From assembly GCA_030704615.1 (NCBI GenBank), contig CM060731.1, positions 76,570,001 to 76,634,000 of the forward strand: a DNA stretch of 64,000 bases, written 5' to 3'. The position numbers and the translations under genes were made by a program. The stretch comes from Takakia lepidozioides (lineage: Eukaryota > Plantae > Bryophyta). Under the pieces are notes generated by a model. That model was not told the origin of the DNA and ran no database searches. It saw only the letters and a list, made by a program, of their open reading frames with translations. The stretch's first letter is position 1. Every line of letters begins with the position of its first letter. Of the stretch, positions 49,701 to 61,553 are shown piece by piece.

Positions 49701-52700
49701 CGGCAAGGCACACTGTTTTCGGCCCCCACACTGCTTGTTTTCTGATGAGAGATTGGGCCACACAGTGCCTGTCTGCCATGCTCAAAACACCATCTTTTCT
49801 TGCCTCTCTCTTATATCAATTTGAATGAACAACCCTGCAGGAGAAGATGCAAAGGGTGGCGGATGAGAACCCTTTGGGGCAGGGGAAGGAGATCATTGTT
49901 GATGTGGACGATGAGTCCTATGAAAGCAAAGCCGCCGAGATGCTGGGGGGTCAGAAGGTAAACTCTCAGCTTGTGGTGCAAAGTATGCTTGCCCCTGGTG
50001 GGAGGTTGAAGATTCCCCTGTGTAGGTTGGTCTCCATGCCCGTCGTTCGTCCACCCCTCATCAAGGACATCCTGAAGCTGGAGGCCGAGTTTGTTCATGG
50101 GTATTTGGATGGATCCGCAGTCTTTTACGTTTCTACTAGGGATTCCAGAGGCAATGAGCTCCTTGTGGATGAGTCAATCGTGGACTCCTGGGATCCCATT
50201 TGGAGACAGGTGAACGAATCCTTCGAACTTCTTCTCTCCAGGAAACCTTCGACCCAGGCATTCTCAGGGAAGATGTTTCACGTATGGGATGGCAACCACC
50301 GGTTGCTTGCATGGATGACTGTCATTGGGAGGCTGCACTCACAGGAGGAAGAGTGGCATTACTTTGTTCGATCGATGGTGCTGGATTGTGATGGGAACGA
50401 CAATGTGCTGGACACATGGCTTCACAAGGCCACTTACTGGAGCCAGGTATGATGTCCTTTACTGTGTCACTTTCTTTTCGTTTTTTCTGTCATTCTCTTT
50501 CCATGTTACATTGGCTGTGATTGTTTTTGGGTTCATTCTTGCATTCAAATTGTTTTGCAGTTGGAGGAAAGGGCCTGGTCGGTTCTACATACGCAGTTGG
50601 CTGACTATGGGATCACCATGACAACACCGAAGGTCTCCTTCCGAGCATACTTGAGGAAATGGAGAGCCACAATGTGGCAATCTTGTTTCTTCAGAGAGTT
50701 CAGCAAAGAGGGTGGCATCAGTTGAACAAATGAGCTTGACCAGCAGGAGAAAGGAGAGGAAGCCTGGAAACGATGCCTTTACAAGTGCGAAATGGACTGT
50801 GCTTCTTTGTTTTGCAAATCCTCCATCCAACCTGTTTTGGGCTGGCTCATATGAGTTTGCGGTGCCGCACACTCATTTGTTCTATCCGTGTGTAGTAACA
50901 CCAACGTGCATACCCTGGGCCCTTCAGGCTGTTTTGTGTGCGGTGGTTGCAGTGTACTGTGCCGCATACTCTTTTAGGGGGTCTTCGTGATGTGGTGGAA
51001 AAGCTGGGAGACAATAATTGCATTGCATAATGAGGCTGTCTCTGTTCCTGCAGGTACATAAAGTATGTTCTCATGGCAGAGAACTGCTTAGACAAACATC
51101 CTGATTTCGTGGACCTTTGGCTTGTCCCTGCTGGCAACCAGACCATGTTTACTACACGGATCTTGCATGATTGGGGCCCAGACCATCTTTCGACATGTGG
51201 TTGGTATTTGTATTGCCCTGCTTCTGAGACCCCAGCTCAGGAGGTGTCTTTGAGGAGAGAGAATGAGCGTATAGCAGCCACCGCCACAGCAGCCGACCTC
51301 GACATTCATGATAGAAATTTGAGGACTCTTGCAAAGAAGGAGCCTCCCGCTCAAGATACCCTGTGTAGAGGTAGAAAGGCAAATGGAAAGGATGTTGCTG
51401 GTGGTGTGGGGAAAGGAAGGGGTAGGGGGAAGGGGGCACAAGGGCAGGTAGGTGGGCAGGGAAGTGTTCCAGATACTGGCCCTGTGGTGGATGTCCTGCA
51501 GACTCCACCGCATGGTAGGGGATCCGGGAGAAAGAACAAGGGGGTGGTTGATCCCAAGGACCCGTACCATACAGTGGAGCATCCCACAAGGGTCATTCGC
51601 CCTACCAGGTTGGAGATGGCCAACGTCGAGTTCCTTGCCATGATGGAGTCCAAGAAATCTGATTACAAGGGCGAGCCATCACTAGTGTGGGAGAGGATTG
51701 TGGAGTTCCTCGGCACGGTGCGTGTTGTATTTTGCTTCTTGTCTGTTGTGGGCATGGATCGTGTCAATCCTCTTGAGCATTCCATTGCATGCTTGTTTAC
51801 AGGCTAAAATGACCAAATCCTGGGTGAACGGGAAGGAGAAGCCATATGCAGCCGAACTCATCATCTTGGACATCCCTGATGGGTTGCCAGTCCCGGATGT
51901 CCCTCCATCAGGTGCTTGTCCAAGTTGGAATGCTTTTGATGAGCGCTACTGACGGTGGGTTTTCTCCTTTTGCAATTTCTTTCTGTCCGATGCAGGTGTT
52001 TTGGTGCTCATCCAGTCCATGGACCTTTGCTGTCGCTGTGCACTTGCCAGCTATTTGAAAGCCTCCGGTATGAGGGTCCTGAAGACATGGAATTGTGTGA
52101 ACAACATGTACCTGATGAAGGGGGATCGTCCGGGAGAGATGGTAAATCTGCTTTCTTATTCCTCTTCTTGGTGGTTCTCGGGTGGAGTTGCATAAGTCGC
52201 TCAAATGAATATGTAGGGGCCTGGTTTTCAAGCTTCTTAGTTCCTTGTGGATGTCCTGTTCGCAGACTCGTTTGTTTGAAGCTATTTGTCTCGTCCGAGT
52301 GCATCCACCTACGACTCCAACCGTCATTAGGGAGTTCGCCATCACTCATGGGGGCAAGTTCATAGACGAGAGGACAGATCCTCCCACGGATGACATGCAC
52401 CACAACTACGTGGACAACAACGTGTGCTTGCGAAGGGGGAATGGGGTTCCTTGGAGAGGGACTAGGGAGAGGAGCCCGACTTTCATTCAAACGATTGTGG
52501 AGTGCTGCACCTACACAAACGCCAGAGTTCTAGATTTGTCAATGGGCACAGGTTCGTCTCTTCAACATTCACATTTCATGAGGTTTGTTTGAGCTTACAT
52601 TTTCAGCACTTCCCACCGTTCCAAATGTGTCTTCAATGTCTGTTTCCTTCCTTCTATTCCACTCCAGGTGCTTCGTACCACGCTTGCAAGGCCAGTGCGC

Positions 52701-53246
52701 GACATCTCTTTGGGATTGAAGGGGATAATGAGATTTTCAAGAACCTCTTGATAGGTTTGGGTGGACACACTTCTCAAGTCATTCCGAAGCCCCTTCCCGA
52801 TGATATTGATACAGGGGAGACTTCCGACAAGGAGTTGGACTCCGACTTTGCCTGTGAGTAAGTTCAACCTGTGGATGCTTGCATTGTTGTTTCAATACCC
52901 AGAATCACTGTTCTTTAAGGCAAAGTGCACATGGGAGACATCCTCTTCGTTGGACTTGTGCATTGCATCATTGTGTTCAAAATGGGTTTTTGTCGACTTG
53001 TGCAGGAGTCCGCGTGCTTCCACTGACCCTCCAGGGCTATCACACCTTTTTGGACTTCTTTCAAGTCTTCCTCAGTCTTACGTGCTACCTGTCTATGCGG
53101 AGGCACTCGCAGCAAGCATGTCCATTCATGGCACTCGCAGTCCAACCATCGACGGCCATAGTATAAGACGTGGTGTTGGGGCCGGAATCTTTGTGGACGA
53201 CATAGCACAAGAGGTCGATACTGATTCTGATGACTGTGACACTTGA
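46786..53246 (+). pseudogene. ParB/Srx-like domain + beta-class N4C/N6A DNA methyltransferase fusion, 8 exons, ~950 codons, 2 premature stops
   Basis: Exons 46786-47088, 49841-50446, 50561-50784, 51054-51717, 51803-52141, 52266-52551, 52668-52857 and 53006-53246; all introns GT-AG, phases consistent, total 2853 nt. Motifs FHVWDGNHRLLAW, LIILDIPD, FLSDAGVLVL, RERSPTFIQTIVECCT, VLDLSMGTGASYHACKASARHLFGIEGD. Stops at 50723 and 51950. Confidence 0.8.
47095..49725. repeat. ~116-bp tandem array, 23 units, each with the 36-bp palindrome GCTCAAACAGTGTGCG-GCAA-CGCACACTGTTTGAGC
   Basis: Units counted at GGAAGCTCAAAC-like positions from 47114 to 49683. Linkers are homologous to one another. Confidence 0.95.
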
Positions 53247-53964
53247 TATGAAGTTTTCTTTTGTTTTCATTCGGGGCCAATTTTGAAATGGGATGGTTGT
53301 GTGTCCTTGTTGTCATGTTTGCAATGTGTGCGTGGGATGCAAATTCATGGGAACAAACTATCGTTGGAGATGGGGGTTGCATGGACTGCCCGGATTGCTC
53401 CTTCAATCTATTTAGTGTTTTGCGGAGTCACAGGCTTGTGTGCATTGCAAAAACAAACAAACGTCTTTGATTCGGGTAGAGCATTCTCGCATCATTTGCT
53501 CGTTGGTCTCCAAACCATTCATGCTAGAAGAATTCTTGGTAAATCCGTCATGATAAAGTCCACGTGATCAAAGAGCGTTCATGCATTCTCAATTCTGGTG
53601 AGCATCCATGATATTCCCGCACATACCTGGCATGTTCGCAAGGGTGGTGAGTAAGAAAAGATTTCACAGGGATTCGCTTTGGATGATGTGAGTGTGCACC
53701 TGCTCACGACGTAGGCACATTCCAATGCAGGGGCTTGGTATGTTGATAACGTCTACATGGATGCAATGGATAGAAATGATAGATACAATGGATGTAACAC
53801 ATCCAGTCTGCATTCCCTGGAAATGGCTGATCAACCCGCGGTAATAGGTGACACCCGCGGAAATAGGCCATGTATGCATGCTGACGTGGCGTGAGCCTGT
53901 GCTGGGCTCACAGTTTCCTGGGCTCACAGTCTCACACCTCTGGGCTCACAGAATAGCACCCCCC

Positions 53965-55615
53965 CTTATATTCCACCACGCAGGAGCTCAAAAATAATAC
54001 AAGGAGTATGCAGATCAACATCGCCAACTCCAACCCCAGTTCAAGGTCGGAGATCATGTGTGGCTTCTTCGACGAGACATACAAACCTCGCGACCATCAA
54101 GGAAGTTGGATTATCAACGCTTGGGACCATTCAAAATTATTCAACAAATAAATCCGGTTAGTTTTCGACATGAACTCCCACGAAGCATGCGCATCCATCC
54201 AGTCTTTCATGTTTCTTATTGGAGTTGTATCATCCATCGAATATTCTAGGGAGAGTCTCCGTACCACCTCCACCAATCGAAGTCAATCAGAAAATTGAGT
54301 ATGAAGTCGACGAAGTCCTAGACTCTCACATCAAGTATAAACGTCTTGCGTATTTTGTACATTGAAAAGGCTACGACATCAGCGAACGAACGTTGGAACC
54401 TTCATCCAACCTCGCCAATGCATCTGACAAAGTCTAAGAGTTTCATCAACGATATCCAGCTAAGCCCCGAGCTACACGTCAATAAGACGTCTCAACGATG
54501 ATGTCAGCGTTAGCTTCAAGGTGAAGACTTCACGTTCAGCGTACCTGATACATGCTAAGGAGGAAGGAGCATCACACATCAATATATATAGCTACTCCAG
54601 CATTCTTGCACCTTGTAATGGTAGCATGGAGTCACATGAACTAGATACATTGAAGCTGTCGTTTACTCAACTACCAGATCAGCCGTTCCGACTCTCACGA
54701 CCTTCAACATTACGCCGACGCTCTCGAGACGATGGGCCACCAATGCGACACGTCCATCCTCGTCTGGACCCCGTACGACGGCAAGTGGAGTCTACTCGAA
54801 GTCTGATAATTTTGTTGGAGGTAGAGGCTTCGGATCCAGAGGACAATGAAATCATGTTTGAAGACAGTTTCGAAAATCAGAATGTTCAAAACACTATCGA
54901 TGGTTGCAGGGGCCTATAAATCATTTGAGTCAAGAACGAAGAGCCGAATACTTGGCAAGTACCATTCGCCGGATTTTGGATTTTCTCCTTCTCTAAGCAA
55001 GTCCAAGATTTTACCGCTCCTCGAGGAACTCGGCGCTAGAGGAGGGGGTGATGTCACAGACATAACCCAGAGGAACTTACCAGGAATAAATACCAGAAGT
55101 TATTAAGTTACCATATTACCAAAAGTTACCGTGATCTATTAGGATCTACCCTGATTTATCATTAGTTATCAAATTATCGGGAGTTTATCAAATTACCGAA
55201 AGTAACTTGGGAAACTGCTCAAGAAGCTTCCTTTGGAGGAAACTTCTCCATCAAAATACCTCCTTTATTTAAGGAAACTTCTCCATCAAGAAACCTCCTT
55301 TGGGGAAGCCTCATAGGGAACCTCCTAGTAGCCAGTATATATAGGAGGCGAGACTGGACACTCTTCAGTGTCGCCAACACAAGTTCAAGCTACTCTTATT
55401 CCCAGTCCCAGTACTCCAGTCCAGCTTCTAGTTTCCAACATTCCAGTATTCGAGTCGAGTTCCAGTATCTTGTACTCTTGTCCATTGTTATAAAGATCAT
55501 CTTGATTCATGTTTACTCACCATGCACTCAGCCACGCCGACCTTGACTTCTTGTCTAGTCTTGTACCTCTAGTCCGATCTCTTGTTTGTATTCAGTCATG
55601 TTCTCGTCCTTGACA
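53965..55615 (+). mobile_element. Ty3/gypsy chromovirus, 3' part (integrase C-terminus, chromodomain, 3' LTR)
   Basis: [33 protein letters not shown] and chromodomain EYEVDEVLDS..KGYDISERTLEP. PPT GGAGGGGGTGA; LTR 55052-55615 TGTCA...TGACA. Confidence 0.92.
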
Positions 55616-56035
55616 CCTGGGATGAAATATCTCGTTAAGAATATTGACACTGTTCTTGCCAAGTACCCTGATACACCCTTTGCAACGCAGGGACAAATAC
55701 TCCTTGTCGATGATGAGCCATCAAAAGGCCTCCGAAACCCACCAAATATTGGATTCTCCCTTATTTCATACCCGCCATCACCAAAGGGCTTGGTTGACCA
55801 GGATGATATGACAAAAGTTGTATGGCCATATATATTGAAAATAGCTGCAGCTTCAACAGTCGTAGATTACATCAGCGAGAACCCTGCCAAGTGTTCTCGT
55901 AAGTCTATTGGTCGCAACCACGCCTATTGGGCTTGGTATAGAAGATATGTTGATCATCGTGTTTGGATCCCACAACAAAAGGAACCTGATTACCTTGGTA
56001 TGTACTTATCTCACTGTTTGTTTTGGCAAGAATGA
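55616..56035 (+). pseudogene. FCP1/NIF-like HAD phosphatase C-terminal fragment
   Basis: YLVKNIDTV...ILLVDDEPSKGLRNPPN resembles the KDL...NTLLIDDSP.K...NP motif. It begins exactly after the gypsy LTR. Confidence 0.5.
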
Positions 56036-57379
56036 CGGGCTTCCCGACAGGCTTCAAGGGCATCAAGAAATGCAACAAGTAGAGTTCCAAGTAACATTTC
56101 GGATGCTAATGTTACTACTAGATTCGAGTTCTCCGAAAAGTATTTCCGTTTCCTCTGATGCGGAGACCGTTGAAAGTGGTTGTGGTAACCGGAGGCGTCT
56201 TCGAATACATGCCTTGACTGCGAGCCATTTGGGAGGAGGCTCTGTAATATTAATGGGTTAGTGTAAGCCGTTGTATGGCTTCAAGCCGCTGGATAACATT
56301 AAGTCCAACGGATGTACAGTTGACGTTACATTATGTCTGACTGCAACGCCAAAGTTGCAATCTCTAATAAAATATGAATGTTTATCATCAATGTATGTGG
56401 ACTCATTCTTTCATGTCATCCTCTTCATCACATGCCATGATTGTTCTATGTTTGGTTTTGTATGTCATCTGATATGGCAACCATTTTGTGCAAAAAGTTT
56501 TACATATCTGACCTCACATTATGGTGTAATTTATTGCATCCTCCCATTTTTTTCGTGAACATCAACTTGGCAGTGGATGTTCTTCTAAAACCACAATACA
56601 TACTTACATTGTCTCCAAAAAACGTTTGGAGGATTATTGTTCATGGTTATATTGTGCATAAAATAGCCAAATAATCATATATATCACTTTATTTCAATAA
56701 TAAATTTTGTTTATTCATATTTCTCATATTATTTCTGGACCAAACAAAAGTCCAGAATTAGTTAAAATAGTGTTTGCTATAGAAGAATCTAGTACATGGG
56801 AAAAAAAAGATGAGCTTCGCGAGAATTTCCATACTTTTGTATTGAGGACAATATTCCCATTTAGGACTAGAGAGACTAATATAACACTCCTCAACTTTGA
56901 ACTTGTGATAGGTTTAGATAAAACTTGAAGAGAATAGGTTCTATACAATTTGTCAATGCCAAGACAACGGAGCGGGATGTGTGAAGATGTGCGAGGTGGC
57001 TAGCTACGAATGATCCACAAAGACATAAGAGAACTAGGGAGAAGTTTGAGAGTTTTCCCTCCAAGTGATAAAGATTAAGATGATATTTAAATAATAAGAT
57101 TAGATTGTTGCAAGGTGTGGTGGACAGCGTCTACCAATTCCGCCATACCCCCCTTTTTCCCCGATAGAATATCGTTTCCTGCTTGAGTTTCATTTCAACT
57201 AATCCATTAGACCATAACAAAAACAAAGAAGATATAGATTTTTTTGTTTCATCATCTCTATGGTTACCATAATAATTGTAGTATCTTTTAAGGTTTTATG
57301 CAATACTTCTTATTTTATGTAGTTGATGAAAGAAATGGGTTCTGCTACAATTTCCCTTCTACTGTTACTTTTGGCAATG

Positions 57380-57580
57380 CTAGGAGAATGTGATTGGAGT
57401 CAGAAACATACTTACTTCAAGAGACTGACATGAAAACACATCATATATCTTCCATCCAGTGGATAAGTCTAACTGATAGGCTACCTTACCAATTTTCTTT
57501 ACAATTCTGAAGTGCCTACAATACTTTGGGGAAAGCTTATAGCATTTTCTCAGCTTCAGCTGACTTTTCTTAATGACCAT
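57380..57580 (-). pseudogene. gypsy integrase C-terminal fragment
   Basis: KLSPKYCRHFRIVKKIGKVAYQLDL...IYDVF. Confidence 0.75.
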
Positions 57581-57692
57581 TTTCAGTTCAATACTTGATC
57601 TCCAATCTCAAATTCTCTAAGAGATCTCTTCTGATCAGTTCGAGATCGGGCCCTGGGGCTTTGGATTTACAGAGGGCTTTGAGACAAGAAGG

Positions 57693-58436
57693 CAATTGTA
57701 GGATAGGGTGTCTCAGTTTGGACGTCATCGGGCAGTTTTTCAATGAATGTGCTTCATGTTATCTTTCTATTTGTTCACAATAGTTCATGTTTATTATAAA
57801 AAACATTGGTTTTTGTATACCAACTACGATACGTATATAATGTAACATTTTTTTCGCAAATTGGATGAACTATAATAATGCTATGGACTTTTGAATCTCA
57901 AACATTGTTTTGTCATCGGCACCATTTTTTGTGCTATAGACTCTAAAAAACATGTCTAAGTGTAACCAATTGTGATAAAGACAAAAAACCATTTGTAGGA
58001 ATTGTATAATGTTTCAATAGGTGAAAGTAGTTTGAAAATCTATCAAATTTTGACCAAGCTATGGACTTTTTTATACACCAAAAACTAGGTATTTTTCATT
58101 AGTCCATAGCATATTGTCTTTTGGGTCTTTGGGTTATCATCTTTTACTGATAAATCTACAAACACATAATCTAGTATGGCTAGGTGGTATATGTCATAGA
58201 TTCTAAGATTTGATTCCTAAAAGTTTTTCCAATTAAAGATTAAAATTTCTAATAAATAATATCTATAATATTTGGGGTTAGACCATTTACTAAAGATGTT
58301 AAGTATATTATTGTCTATTTTATAAGAATCAAACTGAAAAAATATGCTCAAAAAGAGAAAAAAAAGAAAAAAAAAAAAAAAAAAACTTTCATGACGTCAC
58401 CATCTGCCGAAAGTGAGACACCCTATCTTGCAACTA
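57693..58436. mobile_element. AT-rich MITE with ~27-bp TIRs
   Basis: Left CAATTGTAGGATAGGGTGTCTCAGTTT versus right (reverse complement) TAGTTGCAAGATAGGGTGTCTCACTTT. TSD not resolved. Confidence 0.7.
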
Positions 58437-58999
58437 TCCAAGATTCGTAAAGATCAGCTGTAAATAGGTAAAAAAAATACGGTCTGTTGGGAAGCCTCGG
58501 TTGTCTAAAGAGAAGCCGTCAACATAGGTCTTTACTTTTTCTTCAGCTTTTTTTATGCTATCTCTTATCAAATCTCGCTCTTGCTGCAATATTCTTTCCA
58601 TTATTTGGTTGACACTTTCAACCTTAGTATCAAAGATATGTCATCAAACAATAATGTCCATAAACAACTTTGAATGGGCTTACCCCAATTGATATATGCA
58701 CATTCTAATTGTAGGCAAACTCAACCAGATATAGATATTGTTCCCAAGAGCTTAATGTGTGTTTTTAAGGAGATATTCTTAACACACAATTATCAATAGT
58801 TATCAGACATGTATATAGTGACGACCTTATAATGCCTAATAAAATGACCTATTGATATTGTTCATGTAATTAATTAAAACCTGAGCGTATTATTCTTGAT
58901 AGACATTGTCAAAAAACACTTATCAATTTCAGCAACTTTAGGATATCATTTCCTAACTATAATATTTGATTAGCAAGAAAAGACACACCAGCTAGTAGA

Positions 59000-60150
59000 A
59001 AAGCAATTATGAAATGTCCCTTATTGTACATTAGAAGATAGTCAATTTTTTCCTCTCCATGACTTGAACTTTCTTGCACAAAGGGTCACAATCCAGCTTA
59101 TGCATAAATTCATAATTTTTTGTTGCTTAATCTGTTCTATAATAGTTTTAATATGGAAATGATTCACTTAACAATACTATCTGATTAGTGCTAAACTTTA
59201 AGTAAAACAATCACTCCAGCTAGAAGATACACATCTATGAAACATGGTATTTGTAGAGCAGAATATAGTCATTTTCTCCTTGATTTTAACAAATTCTGCA
59301 CAATGCTCACAATCTAGCTTATGCATAAAATCATAATTTGTTGTCACTTAGTTTGTTCTATAGTTTTAACATGGAAATAGGTTCACTTTTGATCGAGGCT
59401 AAACTTCAAGCATAATAGCCATTTCAGTCAGAAGATATACACCTATGAAACATGCGCTAAAGACAATCATTTTCTCTATTACTTGGAAAAAATACCCTGC
59501 ACAAAGCTCACAATCCAGCCTATTCATAAATTCATAACTTCGTGTCAGTCAGTTCATTGTACAGTTTCAACATGGCGATGAGTTCACTTAAGAATAGTCT
59601 TTGATTGAGGATAATCTTCAAGCATAATAGTCACTCCAGTGAGAATATACACACCTATGAAACATGCTCTTTATATAGTAGAAGACAGTCATTTTCTCTT
59701 TCACTCGGAAAAAAAACCCCTGCACAAAGCTCATAATCCACCTATTAATAAATTCATAACTTTGTGTCAGTCAGTTTATTTTACAGTTTCAACATGGCGA
59801 TGGGTTCACTTAAGAATGATCTACAATAATTACTCTAGTCAGAAGATACTAGAGTATAGGTGCTCTAGAGTATGAAACATACTCTTTATACAACAAAAGA
59901 CAGTCATTTTCTCTTTGACTTGAAAAAAAACACCTTGCACAAAGCTCACATTCCAATCTATTCATAAATCCACAAGTAAATTCATAAACCCGTGTCAATT
60001 AGTTCAGTGTACAATTCAACATGGCGATGGGTTCACTTAAGAATACTCTATGATTGATGGTAAACTTAAAGCAAAATAGTCACTCCAGTTAGAAGATAAG
60101 AAGCTATGAAACTTGTCTTTTATATAGCAGTAAATAGCCATTTTACTTCA
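59000..60150. repeat. Diverged ~200-bp tandem repeat, 5-6 copies
   Basis: Recurring AGAAGATACAC..CTATGAAACAT, TGCACAAAGCTCACAATCC, CATAAATTCATAA and AACATGG..ATG.GTTCACTT at ~200-bp spacing. Confidence 0.8.
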
Positions 60151-61553
60151 TAGCTTGTAGTATCAAGCTGAAAACCAAAATCATAGGTAGGTTTAATATG
60201 CATGCTTCAGTTACCCTTCTAACTTCTGCACTCCAACTAAAACTGGTTGATCGCCTGAGTTACATCTCCAACTCCTTGTTATTTCTCTTTTTATTTCATA
60301 ACTCCTTAATAACCTTCCAAACACATTGTCGATCTTCTTCAAATTCAGTCCCCAGCCAGCCAATCAGGGTATTTTCATCATAGAGTGATCCTCTTCAGAA
60401 CCATCAAGACCATAGTATTTAACCCAATTGCTATTCCAACGGATTTGAGCATATACCTATATAATGAAGGAGATTTCAATACGAGTCTCCACAATAAAAC
60501 AAAAATTATCGATTTCCCTTACAAAGAGATTGTAGGGAGTTGGATGTTTGCTGTAATTGGCTCAGCTATAGACCAGAGATTGTGAGCGATCTAGTTCTAC
60601 CATGTCCATAAACGGAGTGACACAGACAATAGACAAGTAAGAGAATGTACTCTGAAGCAAGCCAGTAGCTGAACGATTGGGTGATATGATAGTATTCAGG
60701 AGTAGGATTTAAATATATGCCTCGGCTCCTTGAGCAGTAACCCAAATATAGGAGTTAACAGCCATATTTGTAGGCGGCACCGCTACATACATTCTGATGA
60801 CTATAATTTTGCCTTTGATCTAGCAATCACCAACTGTAACTTGTTGGATTCTAGAACTTGGTAGTTAGTCACTTAATTCACCTAGATTTGAGCATCATCT
60901 GAAGTTAACACTCCTACTTGGTACTCAAATCCTAAGTTGTCTCATACCCAACTTTTCCATGCACTGCAGTGCTTTGGTCCAGACACTCCCTTCGTCAGTA
61001 AATCGGCACACTCATCTTGGAGGTATTGTAGTATTCAAATGAAACTTCTCATGTGCTTGTCAATTCCCTAACATAGTGATGACGAATGTCAATGTGCTTT
61101 GATTTGTTGTAATGAACAGGATTCTTGATGAGTACAATGCTCCCTTGATTGTCCACCATAATCAGGGTTGCCTCCTTCTGAGGAAAACCAAGCTCACCAA
61201 GAAATGTTCTAAGCCACATCGCTTCAAGGGTTGCTTGGGAGGCAGACATATATTCTACCTCTGTCTTGGAAAGAGCCACTGTTGGCTGCCTTTTGCTAGA
61301 CCAACTAACAGCACCGTCCGCCAGCAAAAAAAATAGATCTTATGGTTGATCTCATGCAATCAGTGTTGTTTTTTGACAGGTAGCCCTACCTTTTTTGTGA
61401 CAGGATAATTCTTTTTTTTACTTTCACTGTGACAGATAACTTTGAAAAAATGCCTTTCACATGACAGGTTGAGAAATTTTTGGCCTTTCACACAACCATA
61501 TCATATGAAATTAAAATTAAAAATGATAGAGAAGTGTGAACTTCTTAGTACAA

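Larger units (their letters stand above)
45226..53964 (-). mobile_element. Large MULE-like element (5' portion, ~8.7 kb) carrying a ParB-methyltransferase gene
   Basis: The terminus (reverse complement) GGGGGGTGCTATTCTGTGAGCCC matches the TSD-validated MULE end at 3152 and abuts a gypsy integrase mid-ORF. The other end is not present in the window. Confidence 0.6.

Noticed and set aside
47095-49725. CRISPR array (36-bp palindromic repeats at regular spacing)
   Set aside because: The intervening ~80-bp segments are homologous to each other rather than unique spacers, no cas genes are present, and the array lies in a spliceosomal intron.
33015-53964. One single 21-kb element or simple inversion bounded by the 34375 and 53964 ends
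   Set aside because: Both ends face the same way and their flanks do not form a 9-bp TSD in either orientation.
33000-54000. Bacterial/phage contamination or an endogenous giant-virus insertion
   Set aside because: The genes have multiple in-phase GT-AG introns and are nested with plant retrotransposons. I recognised no capsid, packaging ATPase or polymerase motifs.
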